Shown here piece by piece: positions 38,681 to 48,369 of a stretch of 64,000 bases of DNA. Every line of letters begins with the position of its first letter. Within the stretch, counting starts at the first letter, position 1. The notes beneath the pieces were generated by a model. It made no database searches. It was not told the origin of the DNA and saw nothing but the letters and a program-made list of their open reading frames with translations. Source of the DNA: Candidatus Daviesbacteria bacterium RIFCSPLOWO2_01_FULL_39_23 (lineage in GTDB: Bacteria > Patescibacteriota > Microgenomatia > Daviesbacterales > UBA10151); assembly GCA_001776935.1 (NCBI GenBank), contig MFDN01000001.1:165449-229448 (forward strand), given 5' to 3'. A program made the translations under genes and the position numbers.

Positions 38681-40093
38681 ATGAAAAAGATACCTCAAGT
38701 TTCAATTATAATCGTTAATTATAATGGCAAACACTTCCTGAAAGAGTGTTTAAGCTCGGTTTTTAACATAGACTTTCCTAAAAGCCAGTATGAAATTATT
38801 ATGGTTGATAATGATTCAAAGGATGACTCTGTAGATTACGTGCTCAAGAATTTTTCTGAGGTAAAGGTAGTACAAAGTATTAGTAATTTAGGATTTGCGG
38901 AAGGATGTAATTTAGGAGTTAAAAATGCTTTAGGCAATTTTGTTGTTTTTTTGAACACAGATACAAAAGTAGAAAGGAATTGGTTAAAAGCATTGGTTAA
39001 AAGCATAAAATCAGATAAGGGCATTGGAGCTGTTAATTCAAAACTGCTTCTGTATAATCCATTCTTCGAGTTATTGATTCATTCAGATATTTTTATGAGA
39101 TCTGATTTTTCTGACAGTGTTAATTTCCAGTCAGTAGGTGTCTTGGTTGAGAGTGTAATTATTGACGATGATAATTTGCAACCTTTGGTTAGGTATGAAA
39201 AGGGATTTTATGAAAATGAATATGGAATTATTCCTGTCAGATGGACAAAAGGTGATGCGAGTATTCTTATTCCGGTAGACCCCCGTAAGAATACCATAGG
39301 AATGACTGTTACTATCAGATCGGGAAAATCAATATCAGGGCTGGAAACACAAATCGCTTTAAAGCTCGGAGAGAAAGATTTGATAGTGGATAAATTAAAA
39401 TCATACGAAGTAAAACAATACAAAATTTCACTGGAAACAAAAGAGCTAAGGAAATATCTGTTGTATGCTGTACAAAATTCAGGTGTTGTTGTCTTTAAGA
39501 ATGGGTATGGGCGTGACCGTGGAGCAGTTGTACGGGGAACAACTCAATTTTACGAAATAGACAATCCCTTTTTTAGCCAAAAAGCGGAAATCCATGCTTT
39601 TACAGGTGCAAGTGTGATTATCAGAAAAGAAATTTTTGAAAAGTTAGGGGGATTTGATGATAAATACTTTATGTATTATGAGGATGTTGATTTAGGTTTA
39701 AGGATGCAGAGGCAAGGGTATAAAATTGTCTATGAACCAGAATCAGTGGTTTATCATATTCATAGCGGTTCAAGTAAAGAATGGTCGCGGTTTTTTACCT
39801 ACCATGTTGAAAAAAACCATCTGGCGACCCTTGTTAAACATTTTCCTGTTAATACTATACTTACAGGTTTTACAAGATATATTGGTATGCTGATTATATC
39901 AAGCTTAAAAATGATTAAATGGAGGGCAAGTGAGCATTGGGAGCTGTACGACCAATGGAGGGAAAAAGTGGAAATTAGAATATCTGTACTAATGTGGATA
40001 TTCCAGCATTTTATTTACTTTGCAATAAAAAGGATGCAAATTAATATGAGCCAGAAAAAGAGCATGGCGGAGATAATCAAAAAATTATATTAA
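38681..40093 (+). CDS. GT2 family glycosyltransferase with ~135 aa internal insertion
   Basis: IIVNYN, VDNDSKD, NLGFAEGCN, LNTD, then insertion, then NSG..GRDRG, GGFD..YFMYYEDVD, YH..SGS. Confidence 0.88.
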   Translation: MKKIPQVSIIIVNYNGKHFLKECLSSVFNIDFPKSQYEIIMVDNDSKDDSVDYVLKNFSEVKVVQSISNLGFAEGCNLGVKNALGNFVVFLNTDTKVERNWLKALVKSIKSDKGIGAVNSKLLLYNPFFELLIHSDIFMRSDFSDSVNFQSVGVLVESVIIDDDNLQPLVRYEKGFYENEYGIIPVRWTKGDASILIPVDPRKNTIGMTVTIRSGKSISGLETQIALKLGEKDLIVDKLKSYEVKQYKISLETKELRKYLLYAVQNSGVVVFKNGYGRDRGAVVRGTTQFYEIDNPFFSQKAEIHAFTGASVIIRKEIFEKLGGFDDKYFMYYEDVDLGLRMQRQGYKIVYEPESVVYHIHSGSSKEWSRFFTYHVEKNHLATLVKHFPVNTILTGFTRYIGMLIISSLKMIKWRASEHWELYDQWREKVEIRISVLMWIFQHFIYFAIKRMQINMSQKKSMAEIIKKLY

Positions 40094-40094
40094 A

Positions 40095-41627
40095 ATGAAA
40101 AAAGCCGGTGTTTATGACCGTTGGTTATATGTGCTTGGAGGCGGAGAGCAGGTAGCTTTTGCATACGCAGAAGCTTTGCGTGACCTTGGGTACCAAACAG
40201 ATTTAATTACTCACAGAAAAGTGGATATTGAAGCTGCTAAAGCTAAAATGGATTTAAATCTTAAGGGGATTAATTTAAAGTATATTCCCAATATGGTAGA
40301 TTCACAGTTAGGACAGCATACGGAACAATATGATATTTTTGTCTCGAATTCATACCTGGATTATATCCCTAATAGAAGTAAATATGGGATTTTATCAGTA
40401 TTTTTCCCTTCAAGAATTAACATTTCATTGTATGAATATTTAAAAAGGGCTCATATTGTTCCTTCGCTCAAGAATTTTTTTATATATCCTTCCCGTTTTG
40501 AGGGTTTCCGTTACGATGAGTGTGTTAAGGGTACGATTTATAAATGGTTGGATAAAGAATCGGTGATAACTTTTAATAAACACATTGGTAGGTTCAAAAT
40601 TGAATTATTTTTTGACTACCTATTTTTTTCCTGTATAGATGGCATCACTTTTCTTTTAAACGGCAGTCCAATTAAGCCTAAAGGCCGAACATTAAATATT
40701 TTTGAGAATACAGCAGTTTATTCATTTGAAATACCCAAAAAAACAAAAGGGTTTAATTTAACTATAAAATTACCTGAAGGCAATACTTGTGCTGTAGCTG
40801 TGATAGGGATTTTGATACCTAATTACCGATATTTTCTCTACAACCTCTTTAAAACTTTTTTTCCGAGACTGGAGATGAGGTTGCATGGGGGACCTTCTAT
40901 GACCAGGTTTTCCGATATAGAAACTTATAATAAGGTGATTACTATCTCTGAGTTTTCCAGGTATTGGGTCAAACGATATTGGGGATTATCCAGTGAGGTG
41001 CTTTATCCTCCTGCCTCCATTAATAAATTCCAACCCAGTAAAAACAAAAAAAATATTATCGTCAATATAGGCAGGTTCTTTGTTACAGGGCACTGTAAAA
41101 AACAGCTTGATATGGTACGCGTTTTTAAGAAGTTGGCGGATAAAGGCTTTTCGGATTGGGAGCTGCATTTTATAGGGAGCGTTGCCGAAGGAGAAGCTCA
41201 CCAGCGTTACTTTAGGACAGTTCAGGAAGAATCGCAAGGATACCCTGTTTTTTTTCATATAAATATCCCTTTTAATCAATTAAAAGAAATTCTTTCTGTG
41301 GCAAAAATTTATTGGCATGCAACCGGGCTGGATGAAGATTCTAATAGAACTCCTATCAGGATGGAGCATTTCGGCATAACTACTGTTGAGGCAATGGCTT
41401 CCGGCTGTGTGCCTGTAGTTATAAATAAAGGGGGACAATCAGAAATTGTTACTGAAGATTCAGGATTTCTTTGGAACAGCAGAGACGAACTGCTTGAGTT
41501 TACAATAAAATTAATTAAAAATTCAAGCTTGTTAAGAAAAAAAAGTCAGGGAGCATTAGAAAGAAGTAAATTTTTTAGCAAAGAAAATTTTAAGGGGGAG
41601 TTACAAAAATATTTACCTAAAGATTAG
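40095..41627 (+). CDS. GT4 family glycosyltransferase with internal insertion
   Basis: GGGEQ, ISEFS, LYPP, IGRFF...HCKKQ, EHFGITTVEAMASG. Confidence 0.88.
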   Translation: MKKAGVYDRWLYVLGGGEQVAFAYAEALRDLGYQTDLITHRKVDIEAAKAKMDLNLKGINLKYIPNMVDSQLGQHTEQYDIFVSNSYLDYIPNRSKYGILSVFFPSRINISLYEYLKRAHIVPSLKNFFIYPSRFEGFRYDECVKGTIYKWLDKESVITFNKHIGRFKIELFFDYLFFSCIDGITFLLNGSPIKPKGRTLNIFENTAVYSFEIPKKTKGFNLTIKLPEGNTCAVAVIGILIPNYRYFLYNLFKTFFPRLEMRLHGGPSMTRFSDIETYNKVITISEFSRYWVKRYWGLSSEVLYPPASINKFQPSKNKKNIIVNIGRFFVTGHCKKQLDMVRVFKKLADKGFSDWELHFIGSVAEGEAHQRYFRTVQEESQGYPVFFHINIPFNQLKEILSVAKIYWHATGLDEDSNRTPIRMEHFGITTVEAMASGCVPVVINKGGQSEIVTEDSGFLWNSRDELLEFTIKLIKNSSLLRKKSQGALERSKFFSKENFKGELQKYLPKD

Positions 41628-41638
41628 GAGAATATCGG

Positions 41639-43354
41639 TCAATCCCTCTTGATATAAAAAAGATTCCCGTTAATTTTTTCAACATCTTTTTCGTTTGCAA
41701 AGAGAGTAACAAACCCTACAATTTGAGGCTTAAGCTCTTTAATAAAATAATATTGATTAAATTTTACTATATCAATTTTTCTCTGTCTAAGTTCATCTGT
41801 AAATTCTGCAATTTGTTGGTTTTCTATATATTTATTGATCGTATTAGCTAAAGAAAGGTTTTCCGGTAAGTCATAACCGCTGTAACCGTTAACCAAATAA
41901 CAGCCATGATATGTTGATGATAGTTCTGTGACAGTGATGTATCTTAGCCCTTCAATTACATTAGGGTATGCATCAAGGTGAGTAAGAGGCAGTTCCAGAA
42001 GCACTTTCTTTTTTTGAGAGCATGTGTTTCTTAGAAGTTCATAATCATTGTTAATATAAGAGTCTTTTACGGTTTTGATATTGAGTGGTAGATATTCTAA
42101 AATGAAAAGTATAGACACAGAAAATAAAAGTAATCTACCATAGGGTTTTTGTCCCAGTTTATTGAGAGATATTAAAGAAAAATAGGTAAAACCAAGAAAG
42201 AAAAGGAAACTCCAGCGGCTGAGCACTCTTGTTGCTTCTGCAACTGGAATAAATTCAAGTACAGCGCTATAAGGAAGAGGAATATGAGCATAATTTCCAT
42301 TAAATTTTAATCTTGGTCCTAAAGAAAATAAAAAGCCTGCAATAATTAATATAAGAAAAAATGCTTTTTCCCGAGTAAGCTCCAAACTTATGGTGGTAAG
42401 GCTTTTACTCTTTGAGATTTTAAATAAAGCAAATATAGCTAAAATGAATATTAGAAAACCCGGAAATGAGGAATGAGTACCAGAGTTTTTATCTAACCTA
42501 TTCCATTTTTGCATAAGAGATGAGTTGTGAACAAAGGAATTTATAGGCGACGTAAATATGTAATCACTTAAGTTAGCAGAGTAGGTAATATATTCTTTAA
42601 TATCACGCTTAATGTTATAGAATTTTTTCATGTCCGCATAACCTTTAATGAATATTCCTCCGGTGATTAGGAAAACAAAAAAAATAATAAAAAGTTTAGA
42701 AAGTATTGGTTTGAATTGTTTGTTCGACAGGTACTTTAAAAGATAGAAGATCAAAAGAGAAAAAATTAAATATACAGATAAATATACACTCGCAAGGAAT
42801 TGAATTGTTAAAAGTAGTCCGGCAGAGATGAGGTTTTTTGTTTGACGTTTTTCTTCATTTCTAAAGACAAAATAAAGTGTAAAGAAGAAAGGCCAATACG
42901 ATATCATCTGGAAGTGAGATAACTCCATTTGAAAAAAGGGTGAAAAAATGACGAATATGCTGCCAAAAAAAGCAATTGAATCTTTTTTAAAAAGTTGCTT
43001 CCAAAATAAAAATAGTGAAATATAATTAAGAATAAAACTAATGATAAATACCAAATTAAAGCTTAAGATTATATTTTTTGTTAAATATAAAATTGGCCAT
43101 AATACTAAAGACTGAGGTAGTAAGAGATCGCTAAAAAGGAGTGTTAATCTATGGGGATAGAATGCGTTTGTTTCAAAGAAGTTAGCAAAATCCAACGTAT
43201 TTACATGCGTAATATTTTGGAATATTGTCCAGATAATGAAAGGATAATCCCGCCAGTCTAATAGATTGGTTGATAAGTTTAAAACTAAGTCTTTGAAAAC
43301 GAAGAGCAGAACCAGTAGAAATAAAATGAAATAGAAAGCATTTTTTTTTGACAT
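41639..43354 (-). CDS. polytopic membrane protein, probable GT-C (YfhO-like) glycosyltransferase
   Basis: DWRD loop, NAFYPH..TL.FSD, YSANLSDY, FPG, SLGP, R..SRW, LLELP, VNGYSG. Confidence 0.7.
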   Translation of the reverse strand: MSKKNAFYFILFLLVLLFVFKDLVLNLSTNLLDWRDYPFIIWTIFQNITHVNTLDFANFFETNAFYPHRLTLLFSDLLLPQSLVLWPILYLTKNIILSFNLVFIISFILNYISLFLFWKQLFKKDSIAFFGSIFVIFSPFFQMELSHFQMISYWPFFFTLYFVFRNEEKRQTKNLISAGLLLTIQFLASVYLSVYLIFSLLIFYLLKYLSNKQFKPILSKLFIIFFVFLITGGIFIKGYADMKKFYNIKRDIKEYITYSANLSDYIFTSPINSFVHNSSLMQKWNRLDKNSGTHSSFPGFLIFILAIFALFKISKSKSLTTISLELTREKAFFLILIIAGFLFSLGPRLKFNGNYAHIPLPYSAVLEFIPVAEATRVLSRWSFLFFLGFTYFSLISLNKLGQKPYGRLLLFSVSILFILEYLPLNIKTVKDSYINNDYELLRNTCSQKKKVLLELPLTHLDAYPNVIEGLRYITVTELSSTYHGCYLVNGYSGYDLPENLSLANTINKYIENQQIAEFTDELRQRKIDIVKFNQYYFIKELKPQIVGFVTLFANEKDVEKINGNLFYIKRD

Positions 43355-43373
43355 CTAAATTTCAATATAAAAA

Positions 43374-44105
43374 CTAGCTTCTAAGTAAATTAAACTTAAA
43401 TATTTCCCAGAGAGCTTTTGCACCATCTTTCCAACTGATTTTTTTACCTTCGGCATAAGTTCTGCCTGAATAGGAAATACCTACTTCGTAAATCTTGAGC
43501 CCTTTAATTTTTGCAACTCTTGCTGTTATTTCCGGTTCAAACCCAAATCTTTTGCTTTCTAATTTTGGTGCAATAGTCCGAATGACCTCACCTTTAAAAG
43601 CTTTGTATCCGGTTTCCATATCTGACAAATTTAGATTTGTGAGCATATTGGAATAGGTGGTAAGAAATATATTCATTACAGAATGCCAAAAATATAAAAC
43701 TCTATGAGGTCGGTTAGAGATGAACCTGGAGCCATAAACAACGTCAGCATCATTTTTTGAAAAAGGCTCAAGAAGAATAGAGTAATCGTCAGGGTTATAT
43801 TCCAAGTCAGCATCCTGAACTAATACAATGTTTCCGGTCGAAAGTTGAAATCCGTCTTTTAGGGCGGCTCCTTTTCCTGCGTTTACTTTTTTAAAGTAAG
43901 TTTTAAAAATAATATTTTTGTATTTAGACTTAAGACTAAGAATGCTTTTTTCAATAGATTGCCGGGTGTTGTCTTTGGATCCATCGTCTACGATAATAAT
44001 CTCTTTATCAAAAGAAGGCGTGGTAGACTTGCAAACAGCCAATAATGTTTTTTCGATAAAATCCTCCTCGTTAAAAATTGGAATAACGATCGATAATGTC
44101 TTCAT
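43374..44105 (-). CDS. GT2 DPM-synthase-like polyprenyl-phosphate glycosyltransferase
   Basis: IPIFNE, VDDGSKD, GKGAA, QDADLEY.P, VVYGSRF, DMETGYK, RFGFEPE, R...EGKKI.WKDG. Confidence 0.92.
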   Translation of the reverse strand: MKTLSIVIPIFNEEDFIEKTLLAVCKSTTPSFDKEIIIVDDGSKDNTRQSIEKSILSLKSKYKNIIFKTYFKKVNAGKGAALKDGFQLSTGNIVLVQDADLEYNPDDYSILLEPFSKNDADVVYGSRFISNRPHRVLYFWHSVMNIFLTTYSNMLTNLNLSDMETGYKAFKGEVIRTIAPKLESKRFGFEPEITARVAKIKGLKIYEVGISYSGRTYAEGKKISWKDGAKALWEIFKFNLLRS

Positions 44106-44171
44106 CTAGTATAAAGTTATAACACAAATAGCTGTGTTTTAAAATACTTTACCAACTGTTATGATGTATCG

Positions 44172-45836
44172 GTGAGCATATTTAATTCAAAAAGAATTAC
44201 GATAATTTCCGGCATTTTTATTGCATTATTATATCTGCTGTTAATTTTTAAAGATCCTTTTTCTCAGAGAACCTTAATTCCGAATTTTGAACCACATCCT
44301 GATACCTTCCATTATATTAATCCTGCCCTTAATTTCACAAAAAGAGAGGGCTTTGTTATTGGCAGAGAGGGAAGAGTAATTAAGCCAAGCGTGCCGCCTT
44401 TTTATTCAATAAGTTTAATTCCTGTATTTCTTATTAAATCAGACCCCAGAATGTCTTACTATTCCAATACAGTTTTAGCACTAGTTTCTCTACTTTTCTT
44501 TTGGTTAATCCTAAAGAGAATATTTGTCAATAAATTAATCCTCTATTTGCTATTAATTCTTTATATTACAAATTACTTTATTTATTGGGTTCCAACACTT
44601 GTTATGGCAGAAAATCTTACATTAACTTTATATCTTGCTGCTATTTTCTTTCTCTTATCCAAAACAACGAAAGTAAATAATTTACTGATGGCTGTTCTGG
44701 TAGTGGGTCTCTATGCTACAAAATATGCCAATATTGCTACCAGCATTTCATTAATTTTTCTTTTTTTTGGGAAAGTTTTTTTTGGTAATTTAACAACAAA
44801 TCAAAAGATTAAACAGATGTTCTCAAATCTGATATTTTTAATCGTTTTCTTCCTTGCGTTGGGGATTTTTGAAGGATTTACTCAGGGAAATAATATCTTT
44901 TCTCAGATTTTGGGACATCTAGACTCGATTTATAAGAGCGTTCCCAAAAGTGATATACCATTGTCAAAAACAGCAGTTACTTCTTCCTGGTTTGGGGTTG
45001 GATATATCAGGGATAATCTGCCGTTATACATAAATTCATTATTGGGTATGCCAAATAAATTTTTATGGGATAATACACCAATAATTCCCAAGTTTATAGG
45101 AATAACCGGGGTTATCGGGATATTTGCCAGTATTACCCGAAAAAATTTTAGCATGTTTTCTTTAGCGCTTTTTCTTTCTGTTTTTTCCTCAGTTATATTT
45201 ATGTCCACATTTTATTCTTTTGATGCAAGGTATATCTATATAGCAATACCTGCATTGATTTTTGGTTTTGGACTTTTTTTAACATCTGTTGAAAACAGGA
45301 TATCTATGGAAAAGAAATTCATTTTTAAAAGTTTAATTTTTCTTTTTTTAATTTTCTACCTTGTAACTAACTTTGTGAGAATAAAAAGCCAGATTAGTTT
45401 AAACTTAAAGTATGCAGAGACTCCCTGGTACTATATTTCAATATTGAAATCAAATGAATATTTTACAAAAGACACGGTAATAAACGGCAAAAAGCCAATC
45501 CTAATCTCTGCTCTGCCGCCGTATTTGGTAGATTATTATACTAACGGTAATTACACGCTGTTGCCGCTATCTTATGGGCAGGAATTTAGAGATTTGGAAC
45601 TCCGCCAGCTAGTTTGGGGACCAAATGATTATTCGAATTTGCCAAAATTATATAAGAAATACCTTAGTGAGGGGTATAGTGTATATGTTTCCAGAGCGGG
45701 CCTGGGGAACGAGGGGTATACGAACAGGGATTTTAATAAAATAGTGGAAGAATTTAATACAGATCTTGTCTTATCAGGTTGTTTTGATCAATGTAATATA
45801 TATTCCGTGAAACTAAAAGAAAAAGATGGCCAGTAG
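44172..45836 (+). CDS. GT-C (PMT/ArnT-like) membrane glycosyltransferase
   Basis: TM, then EPHPDT loop, PPFYS, MAEN, ATKY, DARY; soluble C-terminal domain. Confidence 0.7.
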   Translation: MSIFNSKRITIISGIFIALLYLLLIFKDPFSQRTLIPNFEPHPDTFHYINPALNFTKREGFVIGREGRVIKPSVPPFYSISLIPVFLIKSDPRMSYYSNTVLALVSLLFFWLILKRIFVNKLILYLLLILYITNYFIYWVPTLVMAENLTLTLYLAAIFFLLSKTTKVNNLLMAVLVVGLYATKYANIATSISLIFLFFGKVFFGNLTTNQKIKQMFSNLIFLIVFFLALGIFEGFTQGNNIFSQILGHLDSIYKSVPKSDIPLSKTAVTSSWFGVGYIRDNLPLYINSLLGMPNKFLWDNTPIIPKFIGITGVIGIFASITRKNFSMFSLALFLSVFSSVIFMSTFYSFDARYIYIAIPALIFGFGLFLTSVENRISMEKKFIFKSLIFLFLIFYLVTNFVRIKSQISLNLKYAETPWYYISILKSNEYFTKDTVINGKKPILISALPPYLVDYYTNGNYTLLPLSYGQEFRDLELRQLVWGPNDYSNLPKLYKKYLSEGYSVYVSRAGLGNEGYTNRDFNKIVEEFNTDLVLSGCFDQCNIYSVKLKEKDGQ

Positions 45837-46977
45837 GTTTTTGAGGCGATTTGATTTAATGGGTATTTTTATTCTATGGCGTTTACTGCTTTTTATTCCG
45901 CTGGTAGCCGCGGCGTATTTGATTCCTCTTAATCCTCCAGTTCCAGTTTCTTATGTATATAATTTTAAAAACTTTGGCTTATCTTTTAATTCGGTTTTTC
46001 TATTTCCATGGGCTAATTTTGACGGCATTCATTATTTTAATATTGCCGAATTCGGATATACAAATCAGGCAAGGTTTTTTCCGCTATTTCCAATCCTAAT
46101 CAAGCTATTGAGCACCAACGTTATAGCAAGTCTTTTGTTAGTTAGCATATTGTTTTTATTAGCGTTATTCATTTTTAAAAGACTGATAGAAATTGATTTT
46201 CCTAAAAGTGTTTCAAAAAAAGTGTTAATACTTCTTTTAATATTCCCTACTTCCTTTTTCTTTGTCAGCATTTATTCAGAAGGACTATTTTTATTTTTAA
46301 CATTGCTTGTTTTTTATTTTGCCCGGAAGAAAATGTGGCTTTTTTCCATTTCTTGCGCATTGCTGCTTACGGCTACAAGGTTTGTAGGAATTGCAATTTT
46401 GCCGGCCCTGCTTTATGAGTATTTTGTAAGCGGAAAGATTGTTTTTACAAAAAAGAACATCTTTATGCTAATTAAGAAGCTTACGCCTTTTTTGATTGTC
46501 CCGGCAGGACTAATATTTTATTCGCTTTTTAATTTGTATGAATGGAATAATTTATTTTATTTTATTCAAGCGCAGGGCGAGCTGGGCAACAGCCGCTCTG
46601 TTTCGGGAATTGTACTTTTTCCTCAAACTGTTTTCAGGTATTTTAAAATTTTAACATCTGTGCCGGCAAACTCTTATGATTGGATGATTGCTCTGCTTGA
46701 GCTTATATCTTTTTTGTTTACAGCTTTTATGTTGTATTTTGCATGGAAGAAAAAACTGCGTAGAAGCTATTTGATATTTGCATTTATAAACTTTGCAATT
46801 ACCATATCAACAGGTACTTTTTCCGGTTTGCCACGGTATATTATTACAATATTTCCAATTTTTATGGCTCTTGCTTTGCTTAAAAATAAGATTTTAAAGC
46901 TAAGCTATATAATTATTTCGCCTATTTTGCTTTTTATATTGCTGATGCTATTTTCAAGAGGGTATTTTGTGGCATAA
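45826..46977 (+). CDS. PIG-V-like (GT76) mannosyltransferase-type GT-C
   Basis: WANFDGIHY..IA..GY, FFPLFP, FPTSFF..IYSEGLF, ATR..G, PRY. Confidence 0.85.
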   Translation: MASRFLRRFDLMGIFILWRLLLFIPLVAAAYLIPLNPPVPVSYVYNFKNFGLSFNSVFLFPWANFDGIHYFNIAEFGYTNQARFFPLFPILIKLLSTNVIASLLLVSILFLLALFIFKRLIEIDFPKSVSKKVLILLLIFPTSFFFVSIYSEGLFLFLTLLVFYFARKKMWLFSISCALLLTATRFVGIAILPALLYEYFVSGKIVFTKKNIFMLIKKLTPFLIVPAGLIFYSLFNLYEWNNLFYFIQAQGELGNSRSVSGIVLFPQTVFRYFKILTSVPANSYDWMIALLELISFLFTAFMLYFAWKKKLRRSYLIFAFINFAITISTGTFSGLPRYIITIFPIFMALALLKNKILKLSYIIISPILLFILLMLFSRGYFVA

Positions 46978-48367
46978 ACTTAAATATATGATTTGGTTGA
47001 TACTATTTTTAGCATTGTTTTTTAGATTTATTAATTTAAATCAGAGTCTTTGGTGGGATGAGGCTATAAATGTTGTTTATGCTCAAACTTCAGATTTTTG
47101 GTGGTTTATTACAAAATATCCGGTTGGTGACTTTCATCCGCCCGGTTGGTTTGCCATTCTCTGGGTATGGGGACACCTTTTTGGCTTTTCAGAAATTATG
47201 GTCAGGATGCCATCGGTTATTTTGGGAGCAGCTACTGTGGGACTTACATTTCTTTTGGGGAAAGAACTTTTTAACAGAAGGGTAGGCTTTTTGTCAGCAT
47301 TCCTTTTGGCGATTGCCCCGCTTCATGTTTACTATTCACAGGAAGCAAGGATGTATGTGCTGGCTGCTTTTAGCGTAACGCTTTCCTTTTATTTTCTAAA
47401 TAGGCTTATTTTACAGAAAAAATGGGCAGGGTTGGGATTTATAGCTAGCCTTGTGTTGGTTCTATCTTCTGATTACCTGGCATATTTTGCCATACCGGCG
47501 CAGGTAATTTGTCTTGCCTGGGTTAACAAGCTGCGAAAAAACGTTTTGGTCAGCTTATTGGCTGCCGGCTTAATTTTTCTTCCTTGGTTTGCTATTTTCC
47601 CCAATCAGCTTAAAACAGGTATTAATGCTGCAATTAGTTTGCCCGGATGGGCAAATGTAGTTGGCAGCAACTTTAAAGATTTAATCCTCTTTCCTATAAA
47701 GACCTTTTATGGCCGGATTACTATTTCAAACGAGCTTCTTTACGCAGCAGCTGCAGGCATTGCCGGAATAATATTTGCTAGCATATTTTTTTATGGCCTT
47801 AAGAAGAGAGACGATGCAACAAAGCTTTTGATAAGCTGGATTTTTGTCCCTGCGATACTAGCCCTTTTGGTTTCTATTTTCATTCCGGTTTTGGCATATT
47901 TTAGAATGATCTTTATTCTGCCGGCATTTTATTTATTTTTAGCAAAGAGCTTAATAAGTTTGCCTAATAAGATTACTGTAGCAGCTACCACTTTAATCTG
48001 TTTAATTTCGTTTGCCTCATTATTTGGGTATTACATAAACCCAAAATTTCAAAGGGAAGATTGGAGAGGGGCAATCAGTTTTGTTTCAAAAGAGGTGGAT
48101 AGCCAGGCATTAGTTATTTTTGAGAATAATGAAATTCCTGCGCCTGTTAGATATTATGCCAATGATTTGTCCGGTTTTAAACCTGGGTTATCGGATAATT
48201 TAACCGGTGATTTGGCAGATAAAAATAAAGTCTACTTTTTTGAATATTTAGCAGATGTGTATGATCCTAAAAGAGGAGTTGAGCAAAAGATTAAAAGCCT
48301 TAATTTTACCGAGAAAGAAACTTATGATTTTGATGGAGTTGGATTTGTGAGATTCTATACTAGATAA
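46967..48367 (+). CDS. GT39/GT83-like (PMT_2) membrane glycosyltransferase
   Basis: QSLWWDEA, DFHPP, R.PS, YYSQEARMY, REDWR. Alternative start 46988. Confidence 0.85.
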   Translation: MWHKLKYMIWLILFLALFFRFINLNQSLWWDEAINVVYAQTSDFWWFITKYPVGDFHPPGWFAILWVWGHLFGFSEIMVRMPSVILGAATVGLTFLLGKELFNRRVGFLSAFLLAIAPLHVYYSQEARMYVLAAFSVTLSFYFLNRLILQKKWAGLGFIASLVLVLSSDYLAYFAIPAQVICLAWVNKLRKNVLVSLLAAGLIFLPWFAIFPNQLKTGINAAISLPGWANVVGSNFKDLILFPIKTFYGRITISNELLYAAAAGIAGIIFASIFFYGLKKRDDATKLLISWIFVPAILALLVSIFIPVLAYFRMIFILPAFYLFLAKSLISLPNKITVAATTLICLISFASLFGYYINPKFQREDWRGAISFVSKEVDSQALVIFENNEIPAPVRYYANDLSGFKPGLSDNLTGDLADKNKVYFFEYLADVYDPKRGVEQKIKSLNFTEKETYDFDGVGFVRFYTR

Positions 48368-48369
48368 AT

